A DNA stretch of 64,000 nt, taken from positions 71,548,001 to 71,612,000 of the forward strand of contig NC_042997.1 of assembly GCF_006345805.1 (NCBI RefSeq), in the 5' to 3' direction. This document shows, piece by piece, positions 1 through 10,380 of this stretch. Numbering within the stretch: position 1 is the stretch's first letter; each line of letters opens with the position of its first letter. This DNA comes from Octopus sinensis. Lineage: Eukaryota. Position numbers and translations under genes: made by a program. Below the pieces are notes generated by a model that worked only from the letters and a program-made list of their open reading frames with translations, had not been told where the DNA came from and searched no databases.

Positions 1-1000
1 GAAAAATTCAAGATACCATTCTATTATCAATTCACACTGATTCAGAATAGGGTTTTTAAACACCAAAAACCTTTCACAAATCATCTCTTCGCATAACAAT
101 AAGTTGTCTAATACAAAACCACTTAATTAAAATAATAACAGTGATATTATTAACGCTAACCATTCTTTGAACAATAATAACAATAATATTAATATTTCTG
201 ATATAAATTCCAATCGCATTCGTTTCTTTAGCAGTAATTCTAAGACTAGAAACTCTGTTTATCAATGTAAAATTACTTCGGATTCTGGCGTCTTTTTTTT
301 TTTTTTTTTTTTTTTTTTTACATAGGTAGTTCTTCATCTCAGTTATCCAAAAGAATATCTAAACATTACTGTACATTTAGAAATAGCAATAAACGCAACA
401 ATGCTAGGCTTAGTATATTAATTTGGTCTCTGAAGGAACATAATCAATTTGATTTGGAATGGAATATTCTTTCTAGGTCCTTTCCATGTGATAAATGTAA
501 ATCTTCTTGCCCGCTCTGTAACGAAGAACACTCTCTCATCCTGTTCTCAGATAATTCTCTTGTAAACACATTTAAAGAACGCGTGTATCGTTGCAAACAT
601 TAGTAAAAACATACCTTTAGTTCCTATAAGTAATTTCTATAAATCTATAAAATTCGACCTTTAACTGTCTTCTTACATTTCATTTCCACTAAATATATCT
701 ATTTCCACACCTTTAAGCTTTATTTCCTTTCATCTATCGCACTATATTTCTCCACTCTTAGTTTTCTGCTAATTTCTTTCGTTCTCCTCCTCTTTCTCTA
801 AATTGCATTTGACATTAAATCTATTAACATTTTTTTAAGAGCTTGCCAGCGTTCCCTTCATCATATACGCAGTAATCACATTCGGTGAAAATGGCTTATT
901 GATGTATTTTGTTTCTCTTTTTGCTCCTGATGAGAAGATCGCATCGTTCTACATCCTGGAATAATACCAATGTTTTCTCCGAAACATATTTCGGAAGTAT
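1..1000 (+). mobile_element. Penelope-like element 3' remnant (linker + GIY-YIG endonuclease), pseudogenised
   Basis: Manual translation: ...NTKNLSQIISSHNNKL..., RNSVYQCKITSD (251-292), a 27-nt poly-T frameshift, then YIGSSSSQLSKRISKHYCTF...LSILIWSLKE...W.IL...CPLCNEE...LVN...RCKH** (319-606). This is the typical PLE C-terminal pattern; the ORF track missed it. Confidence 0.8.
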
Positions 1001-1359
1001 AAATATTTGAATAACACCTGAATTTAACTACACACTATCTGTTATACAAAAACATTTTACTAAACCCTTGAATTTCTACATTTATAAGTAGGCTGTAACA
1101 TCCTTGGTACTTATGTGAATTCTTTGCTACCCTGGTAACTATTTATTTATTTTTTCGTGTTATTTGTACACATTGAAAAAATACACATACATTTACATAT
1201 ATACATATAAACCTATAGATATATATACATCTATACATATACATCTATATATACACATATATATAGACATATATATACACATATACATATATACATATAC
1301 ACCTATATATATATATATATATATATACGTGTATATATATATATATACGTGTATATATA

Positions 1360-1799
1360 TCTCTCTATATATAAACGGCAGTTTGTCTGTGTGTGTGTCT
1401 GTGTGTCTGTCAGGTTGTACCCTCACCCTGACCACGGCTTTCAACTGATTCTGATGAAACTTGACACACACATAGCCCAATGTCATAATTCAAAACTAAC
1501 GCAGCGAAAATTTTGAAAAGTTCCCACAGTTCTGAACAAAATCGATAAATTCGACATGGGGTCGAGAATCTAAGCTTTTTATATGCAACACATTTTCTGT
1601 CTAGGGGACACAACTCGACCTTTTTATCGCCCAAAGGGACAGCTAGGAACAGCGTATACACAGAAGTATTCGAGTGAAGAGAAGACATTGCAACCTACAC
1701 ATGCGCCTTCGTTCCCTAGAGGGAAAGGACTAGATTGGGATTAGTCGTTGCCTACTAGGGGCTCTTACATACCCGGGCAACGCCGGGCTATGCTGCTAG
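1360..1799 (+). mobile_element. Non-autonomous Helitron/HINE-like element
   Basis: 5' TCTCTCTATATATAAA followed by (TG)/(TCTG) repeats; 3' hairpin CCCGGGCAACGCCGGG then CTAG (1796-1799); no TSD; sits inside a (TA)n tract. Confidence 0.7.
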
Positions 1800-2199
1800 T
1801 ATATATATATACGTGTGTATATATATATATATATACGTGTGTATATATATATATATATAAATTAACACAATATATCTGATTAATTATATCTGTTATGATT
1901 GAGCGGTGGTGGTGGTGGTGGTGGGCGATGATAATTTACACCGTTCTAAAAGACCTGTGGCGGGAATATTTAAACTTTTGCGGCTGTCAACGCTTTCTCT
2001 CTATAGATACAGACAGACGTACAGTGAGAGAGGTGGTGAGAGAAAGAGTGACAGAGAGACGGCGAAGGCGGAGAGGGAATGAGAGTGGAAGTTGTCAAAC
2101 GTCGTTGTGGAGCGAAGGAAGGAAAGAGAGAGATCGAGGAAGACAGGTGATATCTGAATGGGTGAAACGACAAACACTTGTCAAATTCTGGATTTTGTT

Positions 2200-2841
2200 G
2201 CCCTAGTAACCACAGGTTTTGAGATAGGGGTTTCTAGCCTAGTCCAGTCGCTTCCTCACCTCTTTTTGCATGTCCCTGTAAATTTTGGCGCCATCTGACC
2301 CCATTTTAAACCGTTCCCATCCCAAAATGAGACAAACAACCAAGCAATCAAACAACTTTTTCGCATTTCAGCTTTATAGATATTGATTGATCCAGCGGTT
2401 TGGCTGTGTAGAACAATAGGCCGTATGGCTAGGGGAAAATTGTAGATTCGATTCGAATCTGAGGTAGGACCAATATCCAAGTAGAACTAGTCACATTTGA
2501 TTTAAATATGAAAGATTGAGTGTACTCCAGCTAATTTTATCAAGTTCATTCCACGAACAATTATTTTAATAACTCATGTTGATATCTCTAACTTACGTCA
2601 CAGGAATATTGAACTTTGAAATTTATAAAGTTTATCGTATAAACTGAAAGATATCCTACAGTGTATAGGCAAGTGTTCGTATGAACGAATACCTTTCATT
2701 ATTTAGAAACCGTATTGTTTCTTTTTCTTTAAACCTCTTGTTTCATTATCACAATTAAAAAGCGAAAAAGCAAAACCGACGTATTTTCCATACAGCCAAA
2801 TTTGGTACAGGTTGATCCAGTGGTTTGGCCGTGCATAGAGG

Positions 2842-2917
<76 letters not shown>

Positions 2918-3165
2918 TAAGAATAAATGTGAAACTATAGCGTTATGAAAAGTGAAATTATACCGCCGAAAAAATAATCGGAAGGGTCGTACAGTGAGGC
3001 GGCTACAGCCCCCTAAATGAGCAAGGGCCAAAATTTGACCACCCCCGAAAACCTTCCCCGTGTAATGAAAAACCTTCATGCCAAATTTGGTACAAATTGA
3101 TCCAGTGGCTTGGCCGTACATAGAGGAACCACACACATACACATCGAGGATTTTATATAGAGAGA
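2200..3165 (-). mobile_element. Non-autonomous Helitron/HINE-like element with internally repeated module and (CA)n
   Basis: Minus-strand 5' TCTCTCTATATAAAA at 3165; module ttgatccagYggt(t)tggcYgt occurs three times (about 2387, 2813, 3097); left boundary uncertain. Confidence 0.5.
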
Positions 3166-3410
3166 TTATACAGTTAATCTGAAAGAAGATAAAGTTGACA
3201 TACTGTAACAACATTGAGTTTACATGCAGTTTACATACCCCTACGCAAGTAAATACAGTGGTTTCCTTTTATTATATATGTTAGTTGTCTGATTTGGGGT
3301 TGTGGTTTCCAGCAATTATACTGTACCTTTTGCGTTCCATCTTCTAATAAAAAAAGGTTACGAACTAGGTAAGTGATATTAATAAATATAAAAACACACT
3401 TTAAAAGATA

Positions 3411-3492
3411 CGCTGTGGGCAGGATTCGAACCTGCGCGAGGATTGCCCATTGGATTTCAAGTCCAACGCCTTAACCACTCGGCCACCACAGC
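3411..3492 (-). tRNA. tRNA-Ser (anticodon UGA)
   Basis: 82 nt cloverleaf: GCTGTGG/CCACAGC acceptor stem, TTGGA-CTTGAAA-TCCAA anticodon arm, long variable arm, GCAGG-TTCGAAT-CCTGC T arm, G discriminator, T4 terminator just downstream. Confidence 0.96.
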
Positions 3493-3925
3493 AGCTATGA
3501 ATAGGTACTGCTATATTTATATATATATATATGTATTTTTTTTTAATAAGTAATTATCAATAACACCGGTAAGATCTATTCCGTAAGCATATGACCGCAA
3601 ATGATCGGCCTTAATGATATTCACTTAGTTATAGATATCGCCTGCTTATCGCAGTTTCTGTAGTGACCGGGAGGTGGAGGCAATGAATTTGAAATCAAAT
3701 GGGCGGTGTCCCCGTGCGTTGTCATTGTTGAAAGTTTTTAGATGAACAGCTCACTGTACTTATCTTTAAAATCTGGTAGTTATTTTATCGGTCTCTTTTT
3801 TCGAACGTCTAAGCTACGGGGACGTAAACAAGCCAATACTGGTTGCACTTACACGCGCACGCACACACGCACACATACATACATACATACATACATACAT
3901 ACATACATACACATATATAAATATA

Positions 3926-4270
3926 TGGGTTCAGTCCCACTGTGTGGCACCTAGGGCAAGTGTCTTTTGCTATAGCCTAGGGCCGACCAAAGCCTTGTGA
4001 GTGGACTTAATAGACGGAAAGTGAAAGAATCCTGTCGTGTATATATATGTGTGCGTGTGTATGTGTGTGTGTTTGTCCACCCCACCCCCGCCATCGCTTG
4101 GCAACCGATGTTAGTGTGTTTATGTCCCTGAAACTTAGCGGTTTGGCAAAAGAGGCCGATAGAATAAGTACTAGGCTTACAAAAATAAGTCCTGTAGTCG
4201 ATTTGTTCGACTAAAAGTGGTGCTCCAGTATGGCAGCAGTCAAATAACTGAAAGAAGTAAAAGAATAAAA
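3926..4270 (+). mobile_element. Octopus tRNA-derived SINE (CORE-like) with internal microsatellite; other copies at about 9838-10570(-), 19585-20000(-), 33195-33510(+), 56620-56890(-)
   Basis: gggttcagtcccactg..ggcacc..gggcaagtgtctt head, (TA/TG)n middle, gatagaataagtactaggcttacaaa...aagtaaaagaataa tail; recurs several times in the window. Confidence 0.8.
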
Positions 4271-4621
4271 AACTATATATATGCAAGATTCGCTACATAT
4301 ATATATATATGTGTGTGTGCGTGTATGTATGTGTGTGTGTGTAGCGAATCTTGCATGCATGAAGTGGATTAAATTAACACTGCTACAGAACTTTTCCCAC
4401 GATGGAACAATGGTTTTTCTCTGACAGCAGTTTTACATTTTCCAGATGCCTTTAGCTAGGCCGAAATATTGTCTTCACCACTTGACCCTTTCTAATCTCT
4501 TCTACTTCACCAAAAGCTAGAATAGATAACAAGACCACCGACTAAATCTATTGTTCTCAATGATATATCTATCCTTCTGGATCTTTATATAAGCAAGCAT
4601 ACCCCAAGCAAAAATCAGTTA

Positions 4622-4648
4622 GTCACCTTGGTAACAAACTCGCGAGTT
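4622..4648. promoter_or_regulatory. Candidate RFX X-box plus adjacent CTCGCGAG palindrome
   Basis: GTCACCTTGGTAAC (4622-4635) fits GTNRCC-N2-RGYAAC; AACTCGCGAGTT palindrome at 4637-4648. Confidence 0.45.
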
Positions 4649-5547
4649 GAGAGAGAGCTAACATCAGTTAGTGAATCGACCACTAGAATCATGGAAGCAG
4701 GCAGACAAAACAGCCAGAGGGAAAAAGAAAGACAACGTCCCACACTCTCTCACTAGCTCTAATTCTGTTCTCTTACAACATCATTCCATCTGTCTCAGCA
4801 ACTACTACTCAACAATGAAGAGAACCCAAACTCAAATTTTACTTCGCATGCTTTTGGATGTATCACAACTTGCCCGTCGAGGCAAGGTATTTCAAACGTA
4901 ACGGTAAATAAATACTTTATTAAAAATTCATGCATTGTCTATCTTTCACATCTGACAACATCCAATTATAACAACACATTTCTATCGTCACACCAGGTGC
5001 CTCCAACATATCACAATATTGTTTACACATCAATTTTAACCGTTACATATATGACAACCGTTACATATATGATCTGTCTTGGGATGCAGTGAAGTATGTC
5101 TGTGTTGTAGCATTTCAGCTTTGTAAAAGGTTAATAGTTATTGGAGATGAACTTATTGCAGTGTTAGTAACTAATTACTGTGTAAGTGGCTGAATATTCC
5201 ATGTGTAGTCATAGAAATGTAATCGGGAGATATAACGTACTTTGAGAATCTAAACCTGCTTGAGTTCATCATTCTCCAAATTTGACCTCACCTGACAGTT
5301 TATTTTTTTGTCTTTTGTTTTTTCAGAGAAAAAGAAGAACCTTCTACAAAATTTGCCCTATTTTTTTAATAAACCCAACGAGATAACAGGCAAAGATACC
5401 TCGGTGGGATTTGAGCTCTGAGCGCAGAGAAATGGATACCTCAAAGTATCCTACCTGACAGTCTATATATTATGCCAGCATGCCACCTTAATTATAGTTG
5501 TTAACCTATTCTTCAGTCAAAATATGTGTGACAGTAGCAGCCATTTT

Positions 5548-5945
5548 AAGGCGGCGAGCTGGCAGAAATGTTAGCACGCCGGTCGAGATGCTTAGTGGTA
5601 TTTCGTCTGTCTTTGTGTTCTGAGTTCAAATTCCGCCGAGGTTGACTTTGCCTTTTATCCTTTCAGGGTTGATAAATTAAGTGCCAGTTACGCACTGGGG
5701 TCGATATAATCGACTTAATCCGTTTGTCTGTCCTTGTTTGTCCTCTCTGTGTTTAGCCCCTTGTGGGTAGTAAAGAAATAGGTATTTCGTCTCTCTTTAC
5801 GTCCTGGGTTCAAATTCCGCCGAGGTCGACTTTGCCTTTCATCCTTTCAGGGTCTATAAATTAAGTGCCAGTTGTGTACTGGGGTCGATCTAATCGACTA
5901 GCCCCCTCCCCCAAAATTTCGGACTTTATGTCTAGAGTAGAAAAG
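5548..5945 (+). mobile_element. Dimeric tRNA-derived SINE with a Meta/MESC-like core (ctttgcctttcatcctttcggggtcgataaa..aagtaccag); other copies at about 12117, 15415, 19400, 32710, 35860, 39070, 41480, 43130, 43380, 57120, 57320-57780, 62040
   Basis: Pol III A/B-box-like head (gagctggcagaa..gttagc / gagttcaaattcc) and the same core in more than 10 copies; superfamily name from memory. Confidence 0.75.
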
Positions 5946-7107
5946 AATATTAGCCATTTTAATTATTGGTCTATCCCATTCAGTGGCGGCTCGTAGATAA
6001 AATTAGTGGGGGTGCTGCTTCAGAAAATTTTCAGCTGCTGTTTTAATATTGTGTAAAACAAACATATAAAAAGGAAATTTATGCATAAACTTGATCGGTT
6101 CGCGTTTTAGCCACTGCCGGGTAGTGTGTTTAATTTGTTCACTGAACACTTCCGCGAATTACCCCTTGGTTTTCAAAAATCCCCACTAAATCATAAAATG
6201 GAGGGGGGGGGGTAAATCTACCCTATTTTTCAAATGCTGGCAGCATCACTGTAGCTGGAAGCAGGATAATAATATAATTCTACACTTTATCACATTCAAG
6301 AATATAAACAAGTTTTTTAAGCACAACACACATGGAGTCAAAAAGAAACACTACCTTTCACCAGCACACCAGGGTCGGCACTGCGTGAACAACAGTACTG
6401 TCTCTCCCTAGCGTGCGGCTTCCGATCTCGGACATGTGAGCATGCACACAACAGCCAAACACCGCCTCGCTGGAACTGTGAAGCGCACAGTTCTATACAA
6501 GGACTAGTGTATCTTTTTCATAAACTAGGGGATGGTTACTGACATTAAGCTTAAGGATTATACAATGTACAAGTATAAAGAAAGAAATAAAGAAAAAGGG
6601 ACTCATTATATTGAACCTTATCAATAATATCGTGTGGAAATAGTCGGTACTGCAGTTCCGCAGTGCCTATACACACGGATTGTGTATAGGCACGGTGGTC
6701 CATAAGACTCTTAGAGGCCCATATGACCCTTAAGGATCCATATGACTATTAGGGGTTCGTGTAAGATTTTGTTGGTAAAATTTATGTGCAACAAATTGGT
6801 TATACTTGTACAATACACAAAGTATTTTAACAATTTTTTTTATTTTGCAATTCCAAATAATATCTAATTATAAAAATATAACAGGAGTTTTTAAAAACCC
6901 GAATGGCTATGAGTGTCCAGTGGAGTAAACAAGGAATTAAAGGAGTCCATAAGTAAAAAATGGTTGGGAACTACTGGTCTGTCTTCAAATTCAGTTACGA
7001 GGCTATAGACGAAAACAGTTTATTAAATTACTGCACAATAGGATTGAACTTGAAACTTCGTGATTTAGAAGCGGATGTATCAACCTCTTTGCCATGCTCC
7101 GATATAG

Positions 7108-7156
<49 letters not shown>

Positions 7157-7268
7157 ACACACACTGATAGACATACGCGCGCGTCTCACACACGCACGTG
7201 ATAAAGTCTGACTTGTGCAACAGATACTAACTACTTTACTATAGTAAGACACATTTTTCAGCCACTGA

Positions 7269-7350
7269 GCTGTGGTGGCCGAGTGGTTAAGGCGTTGGAC
7301 TCGAAATCCAATGGGTTATTCCCGCACAGGTTCGAATCCTGTCTGCAGCG
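7269..7350 (+). tRNA. tRNA-Ser (anticodon CGA)
   Basis: 82 nt, all stems pair (two G-U pairs in the acceptor stem), A and B boxes intact, T6 terminator at about 7358. Confidence 0.95.
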
Positions 7351-7724
7351 TAATATCTTTTTTATTTTCTATAATTAAATTCTAGTATAGTAACTAACAA
7401 AATAAAGCACCGCCTTTGTAAGATTATTCAGATTGAGAGGCTTTACGAAATAACATTTGTGTTTGGTCAAGTAAAACAATTATTTCCTCGTAAAAATGCG
7501 CACCGATGGGCTATTCACACGAGTTCAGTTTCTGTCAACGGTGTGATTAATTTACTTCGCAGTCATTTGATTTTATAGTATCATTTACTTTGAAATGTAA
7601 TTTTCATGCCTCCGAATATATTTCAATGGGACCTTCGTATATGTGACTTTGATGCCCCTCCCCCACCCCCAGCTGTTTCACATAAGTTGATTAATATGTT
7701 CTTCGCGTGAATGTAGGTTTGGTT

Positions 7725-7793
7725 CAAAATGTCGCCCAATTTAAAACCACCTGTCACCTTGGTAACTTTAGCGGAGTGCACGCTATTGTAAGC
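7725..7793 (+). promoter_or_regulatory. Candidate promoter/first exon: YY1-like CAAAATGTCGCC, X-box, splice donor
   Basis: Identical X-box GTCACCTTGGTAAC at 7753-7766; GTAAGC donor at 7788; locally CpG-rich. Confidence 0.4.
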
Positions 7794-9010
7794 ATTCGGG
7801 ATCTGGTTTTCGTTTTGAGGATACCTTCTCCTCACGGTCGGAGTCTCCTTTCCCTTCTGATGTAAACATAAAATAAAAATTACTTTGGAAAGATTTGCTG
7901 CCGAAACGATACTAGATTCATTATGTTTAGGTGATATTTTTGCTATTTAAATCAGTGAAACTTGACCTGACTTTTTGGGGAGGGCGGTGGACTAAGATGT
8001 ACTGGACTTCAGTGCATACACGAACTGGCTATCGCGAATCGTTTCGAGTGAAATTAAGTACTGCGAAAGGACATTATACCAGCTGAGATATGGAGTGATA
8101 CTGAGTGATTATGCAAGGAGTAAAATACCATGTTCTAATTAGCTCTATGTTTAAAGTACCAGGCTTGTTCTCTACCATCTTGGTAGATTTTTGTGAGATG
8201 GGTACAGGCGGAGCTGTTTTTTCTTTGTTTTTTTTTTTTCTAGATGTAAACTAGAGGAATGTCATTAATTATTTCAGGCGCAAACTGTGCTGAATTTTGA
8301 GTTAAATAATTTGTCTTCCCTTGGCTGTGGGGTATGATTTGAGAAAGTTTAGTTGCTATTTCTAACTGGTTAGATAACCACATAGAAGCCATTTCGAGTA
8401 GTCCCTGTGTTTTTCAATGTTGAGCATGAAAGACTTAGAACATGCGACGCCCATTTAAAAAAAAAGTGGGGACATTAGCAATATGTATTCCGAGTCAAAC
8501 CTGATCGTGCCAAAACTACCAAAGACAAATAATATCACTCTATTCTTTCGAGATTAAATTTATCCATCCCTTTTAAAAGTGGTATGGAACTTTGGCGGCA
8601 ATTTCTTCTTGCACTTCGAGGGGACTCGAGGGGACTAATTTATTATGTTCATTGTTATTTAGTGATGTGTAATTGATGTCGCTAAAATAGAAATGGACTC
8701 TTTATTTGATTCGATCGAACTTGACAAATTATGCTATGTTGAATACAAATATTTTTAACATCAATAAATAATATATTCAATAGTATGATGAAGATTTCCT
8801 TATGATACGTCCGTATTTGTAATCCGTACACGCGGGGGAAACAAGCGATGTTTTTTCTCAAAATATCTATCTTTCCATGCATTAAATATTTGCTTATTCT
8901 GCTTTATCATTCCTCGCTCTCCTCTTTCTCTTTCTTTCTTTCTTTTTCACTCTCTGTCTCTTTCTTTTATCTCTCTCTTGCTCTCTCTCTCCCCCCCCCT
9001 CTCTCTCTCT

Positions 9011-9058
<48 letters not shown>

Positions 9059-10060
9059 TCTGTAACTGATAACTGTACTAGCTCCTCTTTCTATTCTTAC
9101 TTGTGTCCATTAAAAACCCTAATCAGCTTTCTCCCCACTTGTAATACATACATCGTGCTATACTTTCCACTCCGAGTTTCCTTCACTTCGTCCACTCAAC
9201 TTCAAAAATTCAACTCAATCCTAAACTTCATCTTTTATTGTTTTCCAACTCACTCGAGAAGTGCTTGAAAAGACTTTTAATACTAACCAGCCTCAATCTC
9301 TTGGATTTAAGGAATGAGAATTAACTCTATCTTTTTAAAGCTCTGACTTGAACAAAATGTAGTACCGTTGAGAAAAATACGAACTCTCAATATTTCAGCT
9401 GAGACGACAGATTAACTTGCAAGTAATTTCTATTCATTGACTGATTATTATAATCAAAGTGTGTTCGAAAAGATCATGCTGGGCTAACGATGGTCAGGTA
9501 ATATTTGACACGAAATTACACAGACTGAAATGAAGTAAAAGCGTATGAAATATCGGATTCGCATCTGTCGTACATTAAATGGGAAAATATTTACTGAACC
9601 AGAAATCCGAGAATTAGATCAATAATAATTCAGTAATTAATTTGCTCTGTACATGAAGGTACAAACAGGGAAGGACAGAAGCAGCTGCCTTCTCAAATTC
9701 CGGCAAAATAGCAATGTGATTTGATCAAAGCAAGAAGAAAGAAATAGAACAATGCCGACGTAAATGAATTAATGATGACAAATTACAGGCTAATTATAAG
9801 CAACAGATGTTTTTCGTAAAAAAAAGTTTATCTTCTATCTTTTACTTGTTGCAGTCATTTAACTGTGGCCATGTTGGGGCATCACCTTGAAGGGTTTTAG
9901 TCGAACAAATGGACCCCAGAACTTATTTTTTGAAGCCACGTATTTATTCTATCGGTCGTTTTTGCCTAGTCGCTAAGTTACGGGGACGTAAACACACCAG
10001 CACTGGTTATAAAGTGGTAGTGGGGAAAACAAATACAGACACAAAAATCGCACACTTATA

Positions 10061-10276
10061 CGAGGGCGTGCTGAAAAGTTCCAGGCTTTAAAGGTATTGC
10101 GAAAGGCCTACCCGGCAACCCAACCTTCTAAGTTCTTTTACAGGGCTTAGAAAAACTGAAGGACCGCTGCAATAATAGTGTGAATCTGAGCAGGGAATAT
10201 GTTGAATAAAATCCTAGTTAACTGATCCTCCTGTATTTTCTTTTACCCTAAACCAGGAACTTTTCAGCACACCTCG
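10061..10276 (+). mobile_element. mariner-derived MITE nested in a SINE
   Basis: TA|CGAGGGCGTGCTGAAAAGTTCC ... GGAACTTTTCAGCACACCTCG|TA; interior carries a mariner transposase 3' remnant (GLEKLKDRCN...EYVE*). Confidence 0.88.
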
Positions 10277-10347
10277 TACACGCATGCGCGCACACACACA
10301 CACGCACGCACACACACACACGCACGCACACACACACATACATACAT

Positions 10348-10380
<33 letters not shown>

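Noticed and set aside
74-337. Minus-strand 87-aa ORF with poly-K
   Set aside because: Antisense to the Penelope-like remnant; the poly-K is the expanded poly-T run.
1164-3214. ORF-track ORFs rich in YI/CV/HT repeats (also 6960, 7028, 8848, 10284, 19758, 29783, 32328)
   Set aside because: Translations of (TA)n, (CA)n or (CT)n microsatellites and SINE/Helitron interiors; no coding signal.
3411-3492. Possible selenocysteine or opal-suppressor tRNA
   Set aside because: The anticodon is UGA (reads UCA, Ser), not UCA; standard 7-bp acceptor stem and 82-nt length.
4671-4901. 76-aa ORF after the first X-box as a protein-coding gene
   Set aside because: No recognisable homology and no in-frame downstream exon could be assembled; kept only as a possible first exon.
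5548-5945. SINE heads as additional tRNA genes
   Set aside because: A/B-box-like motifs but no closed cloverleaf; they run into shared repeat cores.
5981-6251. Possible hAT MITE cagtggcggctc...gcagcatcactg
   Set aside because: Only a short imperfect terminal match and no TSD.
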